From Thermodesulfobacteriaceae bacterium (GTDB lineage Bacteria > Desulfobacterota > Thermodesulfobacteria > Thermodesulfobacteriales > Thermodesulfobacteriaceae), in NCBI GenBank assembly GCA_049414625.1, contig JBMSAU010000110.1, positions 13,915 to 77,914 of the forward strand: DNA of 64,000 nt. Reading direction: 5' to 3'. Below, in pieces: positions 48,625 through 55,294 of this stretch; the stretch's first letter is position 1; every line of letters begins with the position of its first letter. Both the position numbers and the translations under genes were made by a program. A model generated the notes under the pieces. The model did no database searches. It saw only the letters and a list, made by a program, of their open reading frames with translations, and was not told the DNA's origin.

Positions 48625-49086
48625 TCAATAGACTTTTATCTTTACTGGATTTAAAGCTGTCATTAATCTTGGAAGTAGTTCCTCTAAGTCTTCTTGACTG
48701 CCTACGAAGATATAACCTCCATCAAGCTCTAATTTTGCAATCGTCTCAAGTTCTTGCTTATCCCAAACATACACTGCAAAGTATTCCTCTTCAAATCCAA
48801 CAAAAGCATGGACTATATACAAATCACACATCACAACCCGATAAACATCTATATGGTAGAGAATGTCCGACCCTTCTACTCTAAAAAGTATCTCAAGAAC
48901 CAATGCTGCTCCTTCATTTGCGAAATGATTTTCTTTTGGGTTTTCTTCCACTTCCACCTCATAATCATTAATAGAGTGCACAATCTCAAAATGCTTTCCA
49001 TACGGTGGAACAAACGGAACAAGCACTTCCTTCGTTCTTGCAAAACCTAAGTCTCTTAGTATTTTGTCAAGTTTTTCTTTCGTCAT
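48625..49086 (-). CDS. hypothetical acidic protein (island gene)
   Basis: The ATG at 49084-49086 is preceded by AAGAAGGAGGTGAAGCT. The track extends upstream to 49152. Confidence 0.6.
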   Translation of the reverse strand: MTKEKLDKILRDLGFARTKEVLVPFVPPYGKHFEIVHSINDYEVEVEENPKENHFANEGAALVLEILFRVEGSDILYHIDVYRVVMCDLYIVHAFVGFEEEYFAVYVWDKQELETIAKLELDGGYIFVGSQEDLEELLPRLMTALNPVKIKVY

Positions 49087-49160
49087 AGCTTCACCTCCTT
49101 CTTTAGTGTTTTCGGTTATGTTCTTAAGTTCTTCCATCTTCATGGCAAACACCTCCTTTG

Positions 49161-49619
49161 TTATATTCTCACAACGGGTAGGTTATTCAGTTCTTCCTCA
49201 GCTCTTTCTCTTGCTTCTTCCCACAAAGCGTCCTCTTCATCTTCTCCGTAATAATCACTTAACCTCTCTGCCCATTCTTCTGTAAGCCTCTCATACGCAT
49301 ATTCGTAGGTCTCATACACATTGTTATACCAAAACAGATTCTTCCTACCATACTCGTCGAAATACGGCGGAAACTCAATCTCACGACCTCCAAAATCGTC
49401 AGGAATGAAAACCTTTTTCCCTTCCAATTTCTCAGACAAGAAAACACTCTTTCCTACTCCAGGTGGGATACTCCAAAACTCTTCGTAATCCTCCTCATCT
49501 GTAAATTCTACAATGAGAAAGGTATGAATACGATTAGCCGCATCAATTGTACTCCAGATCACTCTTAGATCCCTCATAGCTTCTCCTCCTTCTTGGGTTA
49601 GCTGTTGCTTCTTCCTCAT
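49161..49619 (-). CDS. hypothetical acidic, aromatic-rich protein (island gene)
   Basis: Two Shine-Dalgarno-preceded ATGs are possible: 49617-49619 (TAGGAGGTGAAGAC) and 49575-49577 (AAGAAGGAGGAGAAGCT). The track extends to 49679. Confidence 0.6.
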   Translation of the reverse strand: MRKKQQLTQEGGEAMRDLRVIWSTIDAANRIHTFLIVEFTDEEDYEEFWSIPPGVGKSVFLSEKLEGKKVFIPDDFGGREIEFPPYFDEYGRKNLFWYNNVYETYEYAYERLTEEWAERLSDYYGEDEEDALWEEARERAEEELNNLPVVRI

Positions 49620-49800
49620 GTCTTCACCTCCTAAAGTTTTATTTATATATTTAATTTTATACAACTTTATAAAAATCAAGAGGGCATATTATGATTTGCG
49701 TCATGTCCTCATTCCCTTTGAATATGCGTGTAGAACAGAGAACTCAGTGTTAGGTCTTTGTATCTTTTCCAGATAAGCTTTAGAAAGTCCCTTATTTGAC

Positions 49801-49860
49801 GGGACACCCTTCACAGTATTGAAAATCAACCTGTTCAGAAGGGTAGGGTGTCCCATTTTT
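49801..49860 (+). terminator. long hairpin GGGACACCCTTC...GAAGGGTAGGGTGTCCC followed by T7 (plus-strand orientation)
   Basis: Stems 49801-49812 and 49838-49854; T-run at 49856-49862. Confidence 0.45.
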
Positions 49861-49937
49861 TTGTCAAATTATAGGAATACAATAAGTTCAATAACAAAAA
49901 AAGAGGGAGGAAGAGGGCAATTATGAAGAGCTTCTAA

Positions 49938-51674
49938 TTACCTTTGAACGATAAGTCTACCTACTACATTAGGATAGATTACAGATACTCCGAATCTATG
50001 AACAGCAGTCATTGCTTGACCAAGAGTATTTGCAGGATAAGGTATCATATGGGTTGCATAAGGTGCATATATTGCAGTAGAGAAGAATTCTTGTTTGGAT
50101 TTGAGTACAAGTAAGTTCCTACCAACAGGAAGTATAGGTGTAGGCAATACCTTTATCCATTCTTCAGATCCATCTTTGCTTCTGGTGTATATCTTGAATG
50201 GGTCTGCTTTCGTTACAGGGTCGGATACCCACTTACCTATGTTAACAAGTAGTGAAGCATCTTCAACATTCATCACAAGTATGGGTTCTACTTCGGGAAC
50301 AGGTGTATTCCTGAGTATCTTACCAAGCAGGTTAGATATTGCATAAGGGAAATGAGTCATAACGTACATGCCTGGTCCCCAACTGTAAGCAGCAAGAGCA
50401 GCAGCAGTCATATCTACAGATTCTTCTATGTTATGAACAAGTGATGCATTATACAAGTTCATTAGAAGGAATGCATCAGTGTTAAGTGCAATTATAGCAG
50501 ATAGTATGCTACTTACTTCGCCGAGTATGTCGAGATTGAAGAGAACTTGAGCATCAAAAGCCATTTCGGGAGATACAAGTATTGTGCTTTCAAGCCTGTT
50601 TTCAGCAAGAGTTTGTCTTGCAAGTTCAAGTCTGAGCTTCCTAGCAGGATCTCTCGCTTCATAGGCTACTCTTGCATATATCTCTATACCTTGAACTTCA
50701 GGAGCAGTTCCACCAGTTACTATAACAGTTATAGTGAAATCACCAGATTTGAAGTCTACTCTACCAGTTACATTAACAGTGTAGGTATTGGCACTAATAG
50801 TTACAGTCCCAGCTCCGGTTATAGCACCAGATGATTCAATATTGGAAGATACATTTATTGTTCCAGATGTCGCACCATCAGTTATACGAACAGCTATTAC
50901 TCTAAAATCAGGTGTTACTCTAAGCTTATTGTCAGGAGCAACAGTCGCAGGAGGCAACAAGTTAGCATCACGTAGAATGTTATACACATTACCTCTTATT
51001 ATCTCTTCTGCAGAAGGAGTTGTAGCGGGAACAAATACACCCTGCCCAGGAGCTGTTCCGTAATAGCCAAGAGAATCTCCACTGAGAAGTCTACCAGTTG
51101 TCATGTCTACTGATAGATAGGATGAGAATGGATAAGGATTTGTAGAGTTAGTTAGTTCTTCATAAAACCTGAAGAAGTAAACATAGGCACCTGGAGCAGA
51201 CATATTCCTGACATCATATACTTGCGTTGCAACAAGTCTTGGATACATAAACCTTATCAGTGGTGCCAAATACATAAAGTATGGTATCACATTAGCAGAT
51301 GTATTTTCTGTAGCTATAGCCCTAAGACTATTTTCATACAAAACTTTAATGGCTTTGGATAGTGAATATACTTCTGCCTCTGATAGATTACCTTGTTCTG
51401 CAACTATATCGGTTACTATTGCATTGGATATTAAATCAATTACAGTCTTATCACCTTGTAAAGCTCTTTTTGCCAGTTCTGATATTTTATCTACAAATTC
51501 TGATGGATTTTTAGATGCATTAACCTTAGTTATATCCGAATAAAATTCTTTTACTATTTTCTTGGCATCTTCAACATTCTTATTTGCCATTTCCATTGCT
51601 AGACTGTAAATTCTTTTCGTAGATATAATTGAGTCAGATGGGTAAAATCTTGATAGTCTTACGTCTTTATCCAT
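49938..51674 (-). CDS. probable major capsid protein (T4 gp23 / HK97-fold-like)
   Basis: A/G/T/V-rich composition and higher G+C than neighbours, as in highly expressed genes. Spine-helix-like segment ARKLRLELARQTLAENRLES...EMAFDAQVLFNLDILGEVSSIL. A beta-rich insertion is also present. The call rests on family resemblance only. Confidence 0.55.
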   Translation of the reverse strand: MDKDVRLSRFYPSDSIISTKRIYSLAMEMANKNVEDAKKIVKEFYSDITKVNASKNPSEFVDKISELAKRALQGDKTVIDLISNAIVTDIVAEQGNLSEAEVYSLSKAIKVLYENSLRAIATENTSANVIPYFMYLAPLIRFMYPRLVATQVYDVRNMSAPGAYVYFFRFYEELTNSTNPYPFSSYLSVDMTTGRLLSGDSLGYYGTAPGQGVFVPATTPSAEEIIRGNVYNILRDANLLPPATVAPDNKLRVTPDFRVIAVRITDGATSGTINVSSNIESSGAITGAGTVTISANTYTVNVTGRVDFKSGDFTITVIVTGGTAPEVQGIEIYARVAYEARDPARKLRLELARQTLAENRLESTILVSPEMAFDAQVLFNLDILGEVSSILSAIIALNTDAFLLMNLYNASLVHNIEESVDMTAAALAAYSWGPGMYVMTHFPYAISNLLGKILRNTPVPEVEPILVMNVEDASLLVNIGKWVSDPVTKADPFKIYTRSKDGSEEWIKVLPTPILPVGRNLLVLKSKQEFFSTAIYAPYATHMIPYPANTLGQAMTAVHRFGVSVIYPNVVGRLIVQR

Positions 51675-51816
51675 AACGTTCTTCTGCTAAAAAGTTGTGA
51701 GTAAACAACTTTAAATATTAATGCAAAAAATTTTTTACAAGTATGCTAAAGATAATACTGTAAGAAAACAAACATTTTATTATTGGATGCTATCATTTAA
51801 CACACCTCCGCAAGAA

Positions 51817-51885
51817 GTCTCCATCTTCCGTAAGGTGGAGATTAATTGCGAAAGACTTGACAAGGTTCTTATTTTGGACTATATT
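51817..51885 (+). promoter_or_regulatory. hairpin plus sigma70-type promoter: -35 TTGACA, 17-nt spacer, -10 TATATT
   Basis: Hairpin CTCCATCTT-CCGT-AAGGTGGAG at 51819-51840. -35 at 51857-51862 and -10 at 51880-51885. It is homologous to the queE promoter module at 720-800 on the minus strand. Confidence 0.55.
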
Positions 51886-51889
51886 AATA

Positions 51890-51995
51890 AATGTCCCGAT
51901 AATCAAGGGACCTAGGGCTGGAGCGGCCCGAAGTTAAGCCTGTGGAGAGGCGAAAGCCTCTATGAAGCAGGAAGCTCCACCTATTGGAGCGGCTC
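51890..51995 (+). ncRNA. candidate small structured RNA transcribed from the 51857-51885 promoter
   Basis: A 5' hairpin GTCCC-N9-GGGAC is followed by a G+C-rich element of about 85 nt. Within it, GGGCTGGAGC pairs with GCTCCACCT, CCTG pairs with CAGG, and AGAGGC-GAAA-GCCTCT forms a GNRA-capped stem. No credible ORF is present. Confidence 0.35.
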
Positions 51996-53316
51996 ACTCG
52001 ATATTGTTCTCAAATTGCCAAACAAGATAGTTAACTGATCCAACTTTCTTTGATTCTGGTGTTACAATAGGGTCCAAGTATCCCAACATATCTGTTACAA
52101 GTCTTATTTTGTGACTTAATCTCTTCATTGCAAATTTATGAGCATATGTAGCTTTTAACTGTAACATAACTTCTGATATAGGATTATGTATTTTATCCTC
52201 TACATATTCAACTTGCATTATCTTATACAAAATGGATAGAGATGTTGAATGCTTTCTGGGCAATTTTCGTGTTCTAATTCTCTCATACACCAAGTGCATT
52301 AGTTGTCTAACCAATGGATGCAATAAGAATGTTTTGAATCTTACTGTTTTGCTTTTTAGTGAGCTATACAAACCACAATTTTTTATATAATTGTAGAAGT
52401 CATTGCTTGGAACAAATGTAAATAGAAAGTAATAGGGATCTTTAAACTCCTGTCTAACCAATGGATCAAATATAGCACTTATCTCTCCATATAATAATGT
52501 CATTATCTCAAAAGAATGTTTACCCATAAGTCTTTCTAATAACCTACTTCCACCGTAGTCCTTGAATGATTTTGCAAATCTTCTCCTATAATTGCTTTCA
52601 TATGTTACATCTACAATTAATTGTTTATTGACTGATGTATCTGTATACACAATAGATGTTTCCGTTTCTTGTATTGTTATATATTTAACTTTCTTTCCTT
52701 TTGTTACAGTAGTTACTATGTTTGATTGATTATTATCTAGCTCTTGCATATCAACTTGAAAGCCAGTTTGTTGTAAAACCATATACAACAAATCTAGCAA
52801 GGATAAATTACTTTCCATTAAACTTTCATCATTCTTGAGCAAATACAATATCAAAAAGTTCAATATAGGTAATGTTTTATGTTTTGATTCATATAAGATT
52901 GGTTTTGTTTCATCTAAAATATTTTTAAACACTACTTTCCTATACAGATTAGATAATTTTGCATCCATACTCTCTGTTCCAAATCTATCCAAGAACTTAT
53001 CTGCGATTGAGTAAATAAATACATATCGTTGTCCATTAACTATTATGTAGTTTCCAATAAACCTAGGAATGAATGTTTTATAATTACAAATTGCTCCATC
53101 CTTTTTGTCCTTCAAACTATATTTGATAGTATAAACAGATACTAATCCGTCTGTTGACATGAGATCTTCTTCCTCAATTTGTAAATCAATTAATTCAGCA
53201 TCAATCAGATCACAAAACCAAATTATGGTATTTTTAACATCTTCTGTAATATTGTTTAATACTTGTTTGCGATATGAAATGGGTTTACTGTCTATGTTTA
53301 GGTTTATGAAATACAT
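51994..53316 (-). CDS. multisubunit RNA polymerase beta, N-terminal fragment
   Basis: FIGNYIIVNGQRYVFIYS aligns with FIINGxERVIVSQ. The C-terminal LDPIVTPESKKVGSVNYL aligns with ICPIETPEGPNIGLINSL. The ATG at 53314-53316 is chosen by the exact CTAAATT-N7-ATG (the track extends to 53400). Confidence 0.75.
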   Translation of the reverse strand: MYFINLNIDSKPISYRKQVLNNITEDVKNTIIWFCDLIDAELIDLQIEEEDLMSTDGLVSVYTIKYSLKDKKDGAICNYKTFIPRFIGNYIIVNGQRYVFIYSIADKFLDRFGTESMDAKLSNLYRKVVFKNILDETKPILYESKHKTLPILNFLILYLLKNDESLMESNLSLLDLLYMVLQQTGFQVDMQELDNNQSNIVTTVTKGKKVKYITIQETETSIVYTDTSVNKQLIVDVTYESNYRRRFAKSFKDYGGSRLLERLMGKHSFEIMTLLYGEISAIFDPLVRQEFKDPYYFLFTFVPSNDFYNYIKNCGLYSSLKSKTVRFKTFLLHPLVRQLMHLVYERIRTRKLPRKHSTSLSILYKIMQVEYVEDKIHNPISEVMLQLKATYAHKFAMKRLSHKIRLVTDMLGYLDPIVTPESKKVGSVNYLVWQFENNIE

Positions 53317-53365
53317 GATAGTAAATTTAGTATGGGTGCTCAAAAAAAATGTTTTATTTTTTTTG

Positions 53366-53992
53366 TTATAGTAATATATCATCTGAATCTGATGATACAT
53401 TTACAGTCACATCAGATAGATCCAAATCCAATTCATCTTCTATTGTATCTGATTTATCAATTTCGGATATTTTCTTTTTAGATGGTGCTTCTGTTGTATA
53501 TTTATTGTATAGTTCCCAGAATCTTGTAGCATCTCTTTCAATTCTTTTTAATGTGACACCTTTTCTCATTAGTTCTTCAATTGCATTAATAACCCTATCA
53601 ATCTCCTCTTTGACATTTTCCAATACTTCATCATTTATCTCATTGTCCATTTTTGTTCCAATTTCTCTTAGATATAATGCATGATTTTCTTTTATCACTG
53701 CTATGTATGGAGATGTTTTCAATCCTGTAGCTGATGTCAATCTGTTTGAATAAATCAATGCTACTGTATATCCATTCGCATCATACAATTTGGTTCCTAG
53801 TAGCAAATTCTCTCTTTTCTTAATCACAATTACGTGATCTTTGGATATTGGCTCAATTATTTTGAATTTTTTATTTGCTGGAAATCCGACTAAATTGCTA
53901 CCTACTAACGTACAATAATATATTTGTTCATCATATTTAATTGGTTTGAATACACTTGATAATTTTTCTATGGAGATTACTCTGACCTTCAT
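53366..53992 (-). CDS. hypothetical protein
   Basis: The ATG at 53990-53992 is chosen by the exact CTAAATT-N7-ATG (the track extends to a TTG at 54010). Confidence 0.6.
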   Translation of the reverse strand: MKVRVISIEKLSSVFKPIKYDEQIYYCTLVGSNLVGFPANKKFKIIEPISKDHVIVIKKRENLLLGTKLYDANGYTVALIYSNRLTSATGLKTSPYIAVIKENHALYLREIGTKMDNEINDEVLENVKEEIDRVINAIEELMRKGVTLKRIERDATRFWELYNKYTTEAPSKKKISEIDKSDTIEDELDLDLSDVTVNVSSDSDDILL

Positions 53993-54022
53993 GTCTATAA
54001 ATTTAGACAAGTTGTAAAAAAC

Positions 54023-55180
54023 TCAAAACCAATCAATTTCATTTGAAGTATCTTTAACAGGAGATCTACCCAAATACATAAACAAATACAAAACTAAATG
54101 CTTTGCTATGTTTGAATACGTTTGCAATGAATACTTACTTAATATATCCTCTCTAATCTTAGGTATTGATATTGTTACACTATATAATTTATTTATCTGA
54201 TTCATATTGGTAGCATCCAATGGAAATCCGACTACACTTATGATTTTATTTACAATCATTTTTAATTCATCATAACTCAATTTTTGTAATTGTTGAATGT
54301 ATTGTTTGAATGTTTGTTTTGATATTTTGTTTCCGAGCATCTCGATTATAGTATCAACTAAATCGTCTATTGGTTCAGGTTCCATTTTGAAGTTAATTAT
54401 TGCATCATGATAATACCTACTGTAATCCCGTTCAGCAATCTCATCTTTAGTAATTTTCTTCTCTTTTGCTATATGTATTAGATTGTCTTTCAATCTGTTA
54501 GCATAGTTATTAACTCTTGCTCGCAAATAACCCGTCCACACATTATGTATTTTTTTCGGATTGGATTCTCTATCAACTAATATTAATTGAGCCTTTCTTT
54601 CTGCAATTGACTCTAATAATCCTGATATGGATGAGAAATTGCTTGGATGTAATAAGTTAGATCTGGGTAATAGTCTTCTGGCTTGTTCAAGATCATGCTT
54701 GTTAAGTATTACAACAGACTTAGTTACTTGAACTATAAACATGATAGCAGAAAACATAAAGTAAAGATTACGAAGTATGGCTAGCTTATCTATAACTGGA
54801 TTGTTATCACAATCTACTAACGTAACAACATCAGCATGTAAGACAATAGCCGCAAGATGCCATCTGTTCATATAGTAAATTGGATTAGATAAACTTGGAT
54901 CAAGAGTTTTATGAAGTTTGAATACTAATTCCTTTAATTCCTTTTGAACTATGCTGGTATTCGTATGCATCTTATCAAACAATAGAGGACGAAATTTTTC
55001 TACACTGATAACATTTAAGTTGTCAACGTATGGTCTTATTTGAGTTGTAATTCTATCGGTTGTACGATACAAAGTTAGCATATAATCTTCAAAATTTTGA
55101 AAACCAAAATAGCGCACAATATGCTCAATTAGTTCTTTTTGTTGATTATTTAACCAGTGAACATATTTACAGTTCGTCAT
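54023..55180 (-). CDS. hypothetical protein
   Basis: ORF track entry. CTAAATT-N8-ATG lies upstream, within the palindrome AGCTAAATTTAGCT. Confidence 0.6.
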   Translation of the reverse strand: MTNCKYVHWLNNQQKELIEHIVRYFGFQNFEDYMLTLYRTTDRITTQIRPYVDNLNVISVEKFRPLLFDKMHTNTSIVQKELKELVFKLHKTLDPSLSNPIYYMNRWHLAAIVLHADVVTLVDCDNNPVIDKLAILRNLYFMFSAIMFIVQVTKSVVILNKHDLEQARRLLPRSNLLHPSNFSSISGLLESIAERKAQLILVDRESNPKKIHNVWTGYLRARVNNYANRLKDNLIHIAKEKKITKDEIAERDYSRYYHDAIINFKMEPEPIDDLVDTIIEMLGNKISKQTFKQYIQQLQKLSYDELKMIVNKIISVVGFPLDATNMNQINKLYSVTISIPKIREDILSKYSLQTYSNIAKHLVLYLFMYLGRSPVKDTSNEIDWF

Positions 55181-55235
55181 AATAGCTAAATTTAGCTGCG
55201 TTGTGTATTACTAATACATAAACAGTTGTGAACTA

Positions 55236-55257
55236 CTCCATCTTCTACAAGATGGAG
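55236..55257 (+). promoter_or_regulatory. perfect hairpin CTCCATCTT-CTAC-AAGATGGAG upstream of the tail sheath gene
   Basis: It shares the 10-mer CTCCATCTTC with the hairpin at 51819-51840. Confidence 0.4.
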
Positions 55258-55294
55258 ACTTCTCACCTAAATTTTTAAAAGCACATAATGAAAT

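Noticed and set aside
46950-49890. Possible att-like direct repeats at the island borders (TGTCATAGGAA near 46966-46976 versus TGTCAAATTATAGGAA near 49862-49877).
   Set aside because: The match is short, gapped and AT-rich, and is compatible with chance. No integrase or recombinase gene is present in the island.
51817-51856. The string GTCTCCATCTTCCGTAAGGTGGAGATTAATTGCGAAAG looked like a solitary CRISPR repeat (a hairpin plus an ATTGCGAAAG-type 3' handle), that is, a possible RNA anti-CRISPR or mini-array.
   Set aside because: There are only two copies, 51 kb apart and inverted, with no spacer-repeat periodicity. The homology continues through a canonical -35/-10 promoter and a leader. A promoter-associated hairpin explains it better. 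It could still be compared against host CRISPR repeats.
51721-51915. The 64-aa ORF in the supplied track (MQKIFYKYAKDNTVRK...).
   Set aside because: Its sequence is a nucleotide-level duplicate of the 3' end of ORF 745-1356 plus the promoter module. A 1-nt indel changes the frame, and a -35/-10 pair and a hairpin lie inside it. It is more likely a non-coding regulatory duplicate than a gene.
51912-51995. The G+C-rich element considered as a tRNA, a hammerhead ribozyme or a bona fide SRP RNA.
   Set aside because: No cloverleaf can be drawn (no T-loop GTTCRA, no 7-bp acceptor). There is no CUGAUGA...GAAA core. The SRP resemblance is limited to GAAGCAG opposite a GNRA loop. I keep it only as an unclassified ncRNA candidate.
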